DNA from: a virus
Taxonomy: Duplodnaviria; Caudoviricetes
Direction: 5' to 3' (one strand)
IMG/VR virus record: IMGVR_UViG_3300049573_000219
Location: 64,001-128,000 of that record
Length of the DNA: 64,000 nucleotides
Shown: positions 18,528 to 27,293 of the stretch, in pieces
How positions within the stretch are numbered: the first letter of the stretch is position 1
Layout of the letters: the number at the start of each line of letters is the position of its first letter
Made by a program: the position numbers and the translations under genes
Notes under the pieces: model-generated
The model's database searches: none
Told to the model about the DNA's origin: nothing
The model's input: the letters and a program-made list of their open reading frames with translations, nothing else

Positions 18528-18938
18528 CTACTTCTTGATCTTGACCCCCATGGCCTTGCAGTCCATCACGCCGACCGTCCCGGCCACCGACAGAACGAGC
18601 CGGTAGTTCCGGAAGTGGTCATACGCCACGTCGTTCAGCGCGTCGATGATCCCGGCGCGGGTGTGACCCGTGGCCGTGGCGTCCAGGCACAGCGCGCGAC
18701 GCTCCCGCGCGGGGATGACCTTGCCGGTGTCGACGTAGCGGAACCACAGGTTCACGCCGTCCAGCACGGTCCCGCGCGTCAGGCACAGCCGGTCGTACGC
18801 GGGCATCCCCCGGTATCCGGTCTCGCAGACCGACCGGACCGCCGGACGCTTCCCGCCCGCCGGGGCCGCGTCCGCCGGAGCGGAGAACGCGAACAGCGCG
18901 ACGAAACCGGCCAGGATGGTGACGATGGGCTTACGCAT
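18528..18938 (-). CDS. secreted protein
   Basis: Sec signal MRKPIVTILAGFVALFAFSAPADA. Confidence 0.7.
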   Translation of the reverse strand: MRKPIVTILAGFVALFAFSAPADAAPAGGKRPAVRSVCETGYRGMPAYDRLCLTRGTVLDGVNLWFRYVDTGKVIPARERRALCLDATATGHTRAGIIDALNDVAYDHFRNYRLVLSVAGTVGVMDCKAMGVKIKK

Positions 18939-19004
18939 GTGATCTTCCCTCTTTCCGAACCAAACGGACCCGGTCCGACGTGACCGGGTCCCGCAGTGCC
19001 GGGC

Positions 19005-19058
19005 GGCACTCCCGGCGCCCCGGACCCCGTGGGGCCCGGTTCGCCTAGGGCGTCTCCC
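19005..19058 (-). other. intergenic hairpin family II
   Basis: GGAGACGC-CCTA-stem-GGGA-GTGCC. Confidence 0.55.
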
Positions 19059-19063
19059 CGACG

Positions 19064-19447
19064 TCAGAGCGTGTTGATCATGTCCCGGTACCGCGCCACG
19101 TCCTCCGCCGTGAGCCGGTGACCGGCGAACTCCGATTCCAGCAGGCCGCGCGCCGTGTCATGGAACGACTGACGCGAGAGGGAGGCCAGACGCGGGCGCG
19201 GGCGCCCGTCGTGGTCGCGCGTGGTCACGTGGCCGGGCTTCAGGGTCGTGAACCTGTAGACCCTCCCGTCGGTCATCTCCGCGACGCCCCGGGCGATGCA
19301 GTTCGGGTCACCCGGCATCATGTCGAACGTGATCTCCCGCGCGACCGTGTGGCCGCTGACGTCCTCCCCGCGCCCGTACTCGTACCCGTTCGGCCCGTAC
19401 GGCGCCGCCGTGTCCCACCACACCCCGCGCGTCATGGATTCCTGCAT
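19064..19447 (-). CDS. hypothetical protein
   Basis: ORF track, SD. Confidence 0.75.
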   Translation of the reverse strand: MQESMTRGVWWDTAAPYGPNGYEYGRGEDVSGHTVAREITFDMMPGDPNCIARGVAEMTDGRVYRFTTLKPGHVTTRDHDGRPRPRLASLSRQSFHDTARGLLESEFAGHRLTAEDVARYRDMINTL

Positions 19448-19477
19448 GTCCCGTCTCCCTTCCCGTTCTTCCTGTCT

Positions 19478-19498
19478 GGCCTAGGTCACCGGATGTTA
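19478..19498 (-). promoter_or_regulatory. -10 TAACAT (19493-19498) with downstream GACCTAGGCC palindrome (19478-19487)
   Basis: Repeated motif; the TAA also serves as the upstream stop. Confidence 0.45.
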
Positions 19499-19894
19499 GC
19501 GCATCCGGGCAACGCGCTGGAACGTCCCCGACTCCACCGCCAGGCGCAGCCACGCCAGGCGCACGGACTCCATGTCACCGCGCGGGCCGGTCGCGTACTC
19601 GTCCCCGTCCGCCGTGATGACCACGCCCCGGAAGCTGGGCACGGTCTCCGCCGCGTCCCGGAATCCGTCCCGCTCGATGGCCACCGCGACCGCGCGCACG
19701 ACCGCCGGACCGGCGATCTTGACCGACTCCGGCAGGCGCACGCGCATCCCGGCCACCAGGATCAGCGGACCGTTCACCTTGCGCGCGGGCATGTCGCCGA
19801 TGAACTGAACCGCTCCCGTGCCGGAGTTCATGCCCGCACCCGGGTTGATCTCCACTCCCGCAGCGTCCGACGGCTTGACCAGCGTCACGCTCAT
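19496..19894 (-). CDS. hypothetical protein
   Basis: MSVTLVKPS...; SD AAGGA. Confidence 0.7.
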   Translation of the reverse strand: MSVTLVKPSDAAGVEINPGAGMNSGTGAVQFIGDMPARKVNGPLILVAGMRVRLPESVKIAGPAVVRAVAVAIERDGFRDAAETVPSFRGVVITADGDEYATGPRGDMESVRLAWLRLAVESGTFQRVARMR

Positions 19895-19993
19895 GATCGT
19901 TTCCTTCCCTTCCGATGTCTCGCCCCTCACTCCCGGACGATTCGGCCGGGACCCCGGGTCACCCCGGAGCCCGACCGGACCGCACGGCCGTGA

Positions 19994-20647
19994 TCAGTTG
20001 CGCGCGGGGTCGACCGCGCTCCCGTCCTCGAAGAAGTGGACGCCGTACGGGTTCGCGTTCACCTCCCGCAGCACCGCGTCACACTGCGCCGGACCCTCCC
20101 CGCACTCCGTGTACGCCTGCCACGACAGCCACGCCCCCTCGATGATCAGTTCCCGCGCCGCGTCCCGGTCCGGCTCACCGACACCCGCCGGGGCGCCCGT
20201 CACCGTGAGCGGCGCCGCCGGGATCTCCCGCGCGTCCCCGTGCCCGTTGATCAGGAATCCCAGGATCAGCAGCACCGCCGCCACCGCCGCGCCCGTGAGG
20301 ACGCACACCACGCGTTCCGCGACCGTGGGCCGTCCGCTCCCGTCGGTCGGCATCGTGGCCCACGGCTGACGCTCCGCCGCCGGAAGCGGGTATTCCTCCG
20401 GGACGTCCGCACCGCGCCGCAGCTTCGGGTCATTCGCGGTCCCCGCCGCGTCCCGCTCCAGCTCCCGCACGATGCCCGCGAATTCCCGGGCCGCCGGACC
20501 CTCCGAACGGGCCGCCCGGTACCGGGCCGCCGCCGCGCCGAACGCCTCCCAGAAGTGCGCCGTCATGTCCTGCCGGAGCGATTCGAACGGCAGCGTCAGC
20601 CGCTCCCGCGCGTCCTCGATGTCCTGCGAAACCGTGATCGTGCTCAT
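19994..20647 (-). CDS. membrane protein (one central TM)
   Basis: VVCVLTGAAVAAVLLILGFLI. Confidence 0.75.
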   Translation of the reverse strand: MSTITVSQDIEDARERLTLPFESLRQDMTAHFWEAFGAAAARYRAARSEGPAAREFAGIVRELERDAAGTANDPKLRRGADVPEEYPLPAAERQPWATMPTDGSGRPTVAERVVCVLTGAAVAAVLLILGFLINGHGDAREIPAAPLTVTGAPAGVGEPDRDAARELIIEGAWLSWQAYTECGEGPAQCDAVLREVNANPYGVHFFEDGSAVDPARN

Positions 20648-20713
20648 GTCCCGTGTTCCCCTTTCCGATGGGCCCCGGGGATCTCCCGGGGCCCGTGATC
20701 CTGCCGAGTGTGG

Positions 20714-22714
20714 TTACTTGCCAGCCTTGCGCGCGACCCCGTCCAGAGCCTTACGCGCCGTCTCCCGGGTGATCTCCCCCGCCTTCCACCCCGCCGGGCG
20801 CCGCTCACCCTTCGGGGCGAACTCCGGGCGCGGCTCGTGCGAGACGACACCCGCGCACGTCCCCTCGGCGAACGATCCGACCGAAGCGGCCTTACGTCCC
20901 GCCTTGCGCTCCGCCGTGGACGCGATCTCACCCCGCGCGATGGCAGCCGCGCGCTCCGCGTCCCGCTTCGCCTTGCGCTCCCGCAGGATGGTTCCGACGA
21001 TCGTCGAGTGACGACGACGCCACCCGCGCGACTTGCCCTTGTGCGCGATCTCCGGGAGTTCCCCGCACGCCACGCACTCACGGCCGGTCACCTCCGGGTC
21101 AATCCCGGGCCGCACGGTCGCGGGAAGCTGTCCCGTTCCCGCCTTGCCGATCCACCCCTTCGGCTGCACGGGCGCCATGTTCTGAGAACCGGTGTTCGCC
21201 GCGCCGTCCACCGAACCGTGCCCGCGCGACAGTGCCAGCCGCGCCGACACCTTCCCGCGCGTCACGGTCGCGCCGACGTCCGCACCCTCACCCCGGGGCG
21301 TGACGTCCCGGACGTCACCGCCCCCGACGTGCTTGACCGACTCACCCGCGCGGACGTGCTCCGGGATCACGTAGACCGTGCCCTTTTTCCGCTTGACCGC
21401 CTTCAACTCGACCGGCCGCGCGCACCCCGGGCATTCGACCGTCCCGGGAGTCTTGCGCCCGCTCAGCACCTTGCGCGACCGCGTGCAACGGGACTCCGTC
21501 GCGCGCCGCTTGTCCGCCGTCGCGGTGTCCCCCGGGGTGCTCCCGTGCTCCACCGTTTCGATCATGCGCGAGACCAGCCGCTTACCGGCGGGAAGCTGCG
21601 GAGTAGCCACGCCCCCGACGTTGTGCGTGCCGATTTTGTCCGGGCATTCTCCCGCATTTTCCTGCATTTCCACGCCGTTGTGCCGACGCATCACGCCGTC
21701 CCGCGATACCGCGATCACCCGGGCGCACGTCCCGCACGGGGCGGACGTCTTGCCGTTGTAGTCGTCCGCCACGCTCACCGTGTGGTCATCGCGGAGAACG
21801 CGCGTCCCGGGCGCCGGAGCACTCCCGACACCCGCGCAAGCGATCTTGGAAACCTTCGGGCCGGATTCCTTGCGCTCCCGTTCCGGCAGGAGCGGGATGT
21901 ACGCGGAGCACCCGGGGCACTTCCCGTGCGTCCGCTCCATGTTCAGTTTGGACACCGGGCCCGTGTACTCACACGGGATCACCGCCGGGACCGGACCGCC
22001 CGCCGCCCCCGTCATGTCCCGCGCGGGACGCTCCCCGGTCCCGGGCGCCGGGAGCGTGGCAACCTCCGCCGGAACCTCCCCACCGTCCGCGTAGTAAGCG
22101 GCGACGCGCGCCCGCATCTCACCGAACGTGCGCCCGGTCGACGCGCAAACCTCCCCGTCCCACGATTGGGGAGTGTTCGCAGCCTTGACAGCAGCGTCCC
22201 GCGCGTCACGGGCCGCACGGCGCGCGTCAATCTCCGCGATCCCGTCCGTTCCGGGCGAGTCGACCGCCGCAATGCGACCGGTCACCGGGTCGTTTTCGAT
22301 CTTGACCGGTTCGACCGGAACCGGGGCGGAGTCCTCCCGCGCGTCGCTCCCGTCCGCCGTGACGTTCACGACGTCGTCAAGCGTGATCAGGGTGAACTCA
22401 CCCATGATGGACGCGAGACCGGGCCCGTTTTCGTCGGCCCACTTGTCCTGTCGCGCGGCCTCAAGATCGTTCTTACCGCCGTCCGACTCAAGCCACTTGA
22501 CGCACCGGGCGCACCGCTTGTCACCCGTGAACTTTTCGGCGAGTCGCGCACTGTCCAGCGGCTTACCGTCGCACGCTTTTTCGACCGACTCGCAAGCGAG
22601 CGGGTCACTGTGCATCCCGGACGGGATGAGCACGACGTGACCGACTCCCCGCGCTCCCAAACCGTAGAACCGCGCGTCACCGTCAATGTTCAGCGCAACG
22701 AACGTGTTTCCCAT
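20714..22714 (-). CDS. large multi-zinc-ribbon basic protein (666 aa)
   Basis: CARC, CPGC x2, CGTC, CVAC; SD GGAAGGGG. Confidence 0.75.
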   Translation of the reverse strand: MGNTFVALNIDGDARFYGLGARGVGHVVLIPSGMHSDPLACESVEKACDGKPLDSARLAEKFTGDKRCARCVKWLESDGGKNDLEAARQDKWADENGPGLASIMGEFTLITLDDVVNVTADGSDAREDSAPVPVEPVKIENDPVTGRIAAVDSPGTDGIAEIDARRAARDARDAAVKAANTPQSWDGEVCASTGRTFGEMRARVAAYYADGGEVPAEVATLPAPGTGERPARDMTGAAGGPVPAVIPCEYTGPVSKLNMERTHGKCPGCSAYIPLLPERERKESGPKVSKIACAGVGSAPAPGTRVLRDDHTVSVADDYNGKTSAPCGTCARVIAVSRDGVMRRHNGVEMQENAGECPDKIGTHNVGGVATPQLPAGKRLVSRMIETVEHGSTPGDTATADKRRATESRCTRSRKVLSGRKTPGTVECPGCARPVELKAVKRKKGTVYVIPEHVRAGESVKHVGGGDVRDVTPRGEGADVGATVTRGKVSARLALSRGHGSVDGAANTGSQNMAPVQPKGWIGKAGTGQLPATVRPGIDPEVTGRECVACGELPEIAHKGKSRGWRRRHSTIVGTILRERKAKRDAERAAAIARGEIASTAERKAGRKAASVGSFAEGTCAGVVSHEPRPEFAPKGERRPAGWKAGEITRETARKALDGVARKAGK

Positions 22715-22765
22715 GATTTCCCCTTCCCGCGTCGCATCCCCGAATGGTGCGACGTCAGACAGAGT

Positions 22766-22948
22766 TCACGCCTTACGCGACGTGAACAGAACTCCCGCAT
22801 TACCGGACGTCACGGATTCCAGCCATTCGACCGTTTCCGCGTAGCTACCGCGTCCCGGCATCCATGCCGTTTCACGGTCCCGCCGGTATTCAACGCTCCC
22901 GGATTCCGTGACTGTCACGGTTCCGCCGTTGTCAAGCCTGATAACCAT
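22766..22948 (-). CDS. small hypothetical protein
   Basis: MVIRLDNGG...; SD GAAAGGG. Confidence 0.55.
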   Translation of the reverse strand: MVIRLDNGGTVTVTESGSVEYRRDRETAWMPGRGSYAETVEWLESVTSGNAGVLFTSRKA

Positions 22949-22949
22949 T

Positions 22950-24060
22950 GCTGGCACCCTTTCCGAACCTCCGTGCGGAGGGCGAAACGGACAGAATTCA
23001 CCCGTCATAGGTTGCACGGCCCTTTACCGTTGCCTAAGCGGACGCGAATTATGTTGTCCGTTCGTGCTCACCGCACGGTAAGCACATTGGGAGCGGACCG
23101 CGTATCGTCGCGTGCGCGCCGTTTCCGGTGCGTCCCGCGCGTCACGTCGTTGTGTCCGCTCCCCGCCGGGGGACGAATGCACGAACATCCGTCCCCCTTG
23201 TCTTGCAACACATGTGCGGAGCGCTACGCGACTACCGCACGTCACGGGCAAGGGTTCCGACACCCCCGGTATCCCGCCATTCGGTCGCACGTCACCCGAC
23301 GGTTTCCCGTCCGTCGAGAGTGCGTGATCATTCCGCGCCCGTTTCCGCGCGGTGCGTTGTTCCGATAGGTCACACCGTCAAACCGGCCAATCGGGGAGTG
23401 TCCCGGATTGGTTCTGACGCTCCGGCCCCGCATTGAATCGGGACCCACACGCGTCTTACGTGATTCGGCCGGGGGTTATCGCGCTTGCACTGTCCGGACC
23501 GGCTGACTACCTGACATCCCGTCGGTAGTGCTTCGCAACCTCAGTTTTCGCGGTATTCCCGTTCCCCCGTGCGCTTAGGTTGCGCCTGTAAGGGGACCGA
23601 CTAGTGACCGGTAATCGCTGGTGGGTCAAGACAGACAGCACAAGGGTTTGAATCGCTCGCCCCGTTGTGGCCTATCGGGTGCCGTTTTTTCCGGGTGCCG
23701 TCCCAAACATCAGAACGACCGGCTACCGCTTGCGCCCGCGCTCCCTTCCCAGGGTTGCCGCGCTAGGCTCCGAAAATCTCAAAGAACCGCATCGCGGGAG
23801 TGTGACCGTTACGGCTGGCCACCGTTCCCGTTCCGCCGCATCGCGCCCGTTCGTGCTGGCCGCTGTCCCGCCCGACGTCGCCGGTTGCCCGTGCGTCAGT
23901 GCTTCGGATGCGCGCTCCCCGGTCACCCCCCGCGCTAAGCGGAGGAACACCCGGGGGCGTGTGTCCGGGGATGGAACCCGGACGCTTGCACTCGCCCCGC
24001 GCCGCGTCCCGCCGGAGCGGGCGCCGCGTCGTGGCGACACCCAGATCAGACCAGATTCAT
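22950..24060. ncRNA. candidate large structured RNA or long early leader (minus strand favoured)
   Basis: No convincing ORF; many hairpins, several with GAAA loops on the minus strand. Confidence 0.3.
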
Positions 24061-24115
24061 GGCTGCCATTGCAAGTGTGTGGTTGCTGACACGGCATCAG
24101 GTGATCAAGGAACAT

Positions 24116-24838
24116 GCAGGTCAGAGCGCTACCGGAGTTCACGACGGTGTGAGTGTGACGCAGCTCACAATGTGCTCTGACCTGCGGAAACGACGAGTTC
24201 AAGATTTTTCTCAAAAAAGTCTCTGTCACCTCTTGTACCTGCGACGATGCGACAGACGAATCTGTTTGTGCAGGTCAGAGGCATGGAGAACGTACCGGAC
24301 TACACGACACGAAACGGACATGTAACTCATATGGATCAGAAATTTACAGTGAGCAAACGCCAGAGCAAATCGGTAGGTGTAGCAAGCATCGATGGTCAAA
24401 CTAGGACAGACCAGTACCAAATTTCATGATCGGGGAAGGTTCCGAGTACGAGAAAGGCAGGGGAATGTGTGGGCATAGCTCCCACATGTCCGGTTCATAC
24501 ACGTACGCGCACGTCAGCGCTGCGACCTGCGACGTATATACAGAGAGTGAGAAGCAAGTAGATGTCAACCACTCTTAGTTACTTATGTGAGCGGGAGCGC
24601 TCCGCTTTGTCGCACTCGAAACCGGTACAACGGTTTGTTGAAATCGCAGGTCAGAGCGGGTGTCCCAGATGTCGGAATTTGCAGCGACAGGGTGTCTGAC
24701 CTGCGGAAACGTGATGTTCGGCGCAGCGTGCGCGCGTCTCCCGGACGTCCTCACAGTGCACGGTGTGTGTAGCTATGTCCGATTGTGGGGTGAATGGTTG
24801 GGTGTGGGAGGAATGTGAAGGCAGGGGGTGTGACCTGC
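24116..24838. repeat. array of TGACCTGC/GCAGGTCA motifs including two inverted pairs
   Basis: Copies at 24116, 24178, 24270, 24646, 24697, 24831; variants at 24235, 24523. Confidence 0.7.
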
Positions 24839-25650
24839 ACGAATGAGCACACGTGAGCGCATGTGAGCAACGGGGAGCGGGAGCACGTGAGCACGCACGG
24901 GAGCGCACGGAACGGGGGAGCGGTGCGGGAGTGCGGGAACGTGCGTGTTCGCCCCGTAGGGACGCGCGCACGCTGTCTGTCGCGCACGGTTCGGGAGTCT
25001 CGCCACTCACCCGGTACGGGAGCACGTGAGCACGTGAGGGAACGGGAGTGCGCGCGGTGCGGGTTGCTCGGGTGCGGGAGTGGTGCGCGCCATGGGTGAG
25101 CACGTGAACGGGTGCGGTGCGGGAGCGGGAAGCAAGGGGAATGCAACGCACTCGAATGCAAGGGAATTCCGCGCACTCGGTTTCCGATATTCGCATTACT
25201 TGTTTCGCCTATTCACACCACACATACACACACGAGAAAACACAAGGAATGCAAGCAAGTGCGGAGGAAAGCAAGCGAGGAAAGCACGGGGAATAGGTCT
25301 CGATTCTGTGCCAGTCATTCGCGTTTCTCGTGTGTGCCATTCGCAGCAATCGCAGGAATGCACGGAACATGAATGCAAGGGGAATGCAGCGGAAGAAAGC
25401 ACGGGGAATCGAGCGGGAAAGTCAGCAGGTATTCAGCAGCAATCAAAGGAATACCCACTAGCTCTATATCTCACGTCAATGCACACACACATACACACAC
25501 AATGCAAAGGGATATGCACTGGAATGCAAGCGGGTGCGAGTGCGAGCGATGCCAGAGAAAATCAGCGGAGAAATTCGGAGGAAATTCGACAGGAATTCTG
25601 TCACGGCAGAAAACCAATTGCGGAATTGAATTTGAATTTGGGTCCCGGGT
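24780..25650. repeat. purine-skewed degenerate repeat region (possible genome terminus/terminal repeat)
   Basis: GAGCACGTGAG/GTGCGGGAG repeats, then GAATGCAAG repeats, CACACATACACACAC x2, GAAAGCACGGGGAAT x2. Confidence 0.6.
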
Positions 25651-25683
25651 TTAGGTCGTCTATCCGTTAGAACCTTTTGGCCT

Positions 25684-25854
25684 TCAGCCGTTTCGTCCGT
25701 TTCCCTTGAGCCAGCTCCGGTGTGTTCCGATCACACACTCCATCGAGCAGAACGGCTCTCCGGTCACCGTCCAGTACACGGGTCCCTCGCCGGTCGCGTC
25801 ATCCTCTTCGGGGATCGCGTCGCCGCACCTGGGGCATTCAGTAGTAGTACTCAT
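25684..25854 (-). CDS. small zinc-finger protein (56 aa)
   Basis: CPRC...FCSMEC. Confidence 0.6.
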   Translation of the reverse strand: MSTTTECPRCGDAIPEEDDATGEGPVYWTVTGEPFCSMECVIGTHRSWLKGNGRNG

Positions 25855-25960
25855 CGCACATCCCCAGTTTTCTCAGGAGCCAGTGCAGCGGTGATCTCAG
25901 CCGCAGGCAGTTCGGGCACACGAGCGCATTCCCCAGAAACCTCTTCACGCGCTCTTTCAC
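25838..25960 (-). CDS. small hypothetical protein (40 aa)
   Basis: GTGA overlap with lipoprotein stop; CPNC. Confidence 0.4.
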   Translation of the reverse strand: MKERVKRFLGNALVCPNCLRLRSPLHWLLRKLGMCDEYYY

Positions 25961-26283
25961 CTGCACTCGTTCAGCGCGTAGGGGATCATCGCCGCCGCCT
26001 CCTGCTGCGAGAACCCGGCATCCTCGATCGCGTTCAGCATCCCCTTGTAGTCCTTCACGTCCCCGGTGGAGTAGCCGCCCACCTCACCCTCCCCCGGGAG
26101 CGGCCCGGAAGCCGCCGTGCACACAGCCTCCTGCTCCTCACCGGTCATGCTGCTCCAGCGCTTCTCCACCGAGGGGAGGTCCGCCGTCGCGGTCACCGCG
26201 CCCCTCTCGGGTTCCCCGGTGTCCGATCCGCAGCCTGCGAGGGCCAGCAGGAGTGCCGGTACGGCCAGAACGGACCTCTTCAT
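25957..26283 (-). CDS. lipoprotein
   Basis: MKRSVLAVPALLLALAG-C lipobox. Confidence 0.75.
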   Translation of the reverse strand: MKRSVLAVPALLLALAGCGSDTGEPERGAVTATADLPSVEKRWSSMTGEEQEAVCTAASGPLPGEGEVGGYSTGDVKDYKGMLNAIEDAGFSQQEAAAMIPYALNECR

Positions 26284-26455
26284 GGGGTGCTCCTCGCTCG
26301 GGAAAACCATCCGGGATACCTGGAATCGTAAATCCTGACCCTGGAAAAATCTCGCCGCCCCATCCCTATGGGGCCGAACACCAGTTCGACACCTGCCCCG
26401 GGAACACCGCTCCGACGGTGCTGTCCGCTGCCCCGAACCGGGGAGCCCGGAGAGC

Positions 26456-26752
26456 CTAGGAGCCTTCGCAGCGCTCGGGTGTCTCCAGCGGGGAGGGCCC
26501 GGTGCCCAGGAAGCCGATGCCTGCGCCGCAGGTGTAGACGACGTCGATGTCCGAGCCCTCGCGGCCCGGCAGGGCCAGCCGGGTGTTCACCGCCTCGGCG
26601 GCCGTCAGGCGCAGCTCCTGGTCGTGCGAGTCGAGGAAGCCGCCCCAGACGTAGAGGCCCCTGCTGGCCGAGGAGTCGATGAACGCCGTCACGCCGACGG
26701 TCAGGCTGTCGAGGGTGAGCACCGCAGGTCCCACGTAGAAGTCCATCGCCAC
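26456..26752 (-). CDS. DUF4873-like small beta protein
   Basis: YVGPAVL...WGGFL...GTGPSP pattern. Confidence 0.5.
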   Translation of the reverse strand: MAMDFYVGPAVLTLDSLTVGVTAFIDSSASRGLYVWGGFLDSHDQELRLTAAEAVNTRLALPGREGSDIDVVYTCGAGIGFLGTGPSPLETPERCEGS

Positions 26753-26844
26753 GTCTCGATCATGCACCACACCTTGCGCCTTCCCTCGCGGACTCAGGAG
26801 GAAAGGCGCAAGGCTTTCACAGTGCCGCTTCGGACCAGAGGCAC

Positions 26845-27159
26845 TTATTCGGTTGTTCCGGTCTTCTTGCCGCCCGGGTCCGGGATCATGCGGATCTGCC
26901 CCGGCGCCCGGCCGAGACCGGCGATCCTCACGACGGGGGACTCCAGGTTCGTGCGGCGCGGGGAGAACGCGTGCGGGTTCTCCGTGTCGAAGGTCAGGAA
27001 GCGCTCGTTGTGGTGCGCATCCATGACCAGCTCGGCGCCCGCAGTCGACCGCATCGTCAGAAAGCCGCCCCAGAAGCCGGACTCCTCCAGCAGGTGCGCC
27101 TTCGCGTTCAGCAAGGCGTCGCCAGCGACGACCAGCACCTCACCCTCGTAGATCCTCAC
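26845..27159 (-). CDS. DUF4873-like small beta protein (paralog)
   Basis: YEGEVLV...WGGFL...IAGLGRAP. Confidence 0.5.
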   Translation of the reverse strand: MRIYEGEVLVVAGDALLNAKAHLLEESGFWGGFLTMRSTAGAELVMDAHHNERFLTFDTENPHAFSPRRTNLESPVVRIAGLGRAPGQIRMIPDPGGKKTGTTE

Positions 27160-27293
27160 AGGTCCCCCAGGGTTTCCCTGCGGTAGCGCGCCCGCTCGTG
27201 AGCGCGGATGGCCTTCTCGCTGAGCAGCGAGGAAACGACGCCGGATGCCGCGCCGATCGCGCAGGCCAGCAGCAGGAGCAGCCAGGGACTCAC
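27156..27293 (-). CDS. small membrane protein
   Basis: WLLLLLACAIGAASGVVSSLL; coupled to thyX. Confidence 0.6.
   Translation of the reverse strand: MSPWLLLLLACAIGAASGVVSSLLSEKAIRAHERARYRRETLGDL

Noticed and set aside
4182-19058. Calling the early-arm hairpins simple rho-independent terminators
   Set aside because: No U-tracts, and conserved bulge/loop sequences argue for another role; termination is not excluded because Streptomyces terminators often lack U-tails
94-20700. Numerous plus-strand ORFs in the left arm
   Set aside because: They overlap a tightly coupled minus-strand gene set that has SDs and GC3 bias
20708-23368. 886-aa plus-strand ORF
   Set aside because: Antisense shadow of the 666-aa gene and non-coding block; Arg/Pro-rich, no SD, typical of high-GC DNA
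22950-24060. tRNA, hammerhead ribozyme or group I/II intron
   Set aside because: No cloverleaf with T-loop, CUGANGA/GAAA core or domain V recognised by eye; a covariance search is still needed
24100-25650. Possible CRISPR array
   Set aside because: Repeats are short, degenerate and irregularly spaced, with no repeat-spacer periodicity or cas genes
24587-25670. ORFs across the repeat region
   Set aside because: Translations mirror the low-complexity repeats and lack phage codon bias
26453-26462. Sixth CCTAGG as an operator copy
   Set aside because: Formed by a stop codon and lacks the GR..YC flanks
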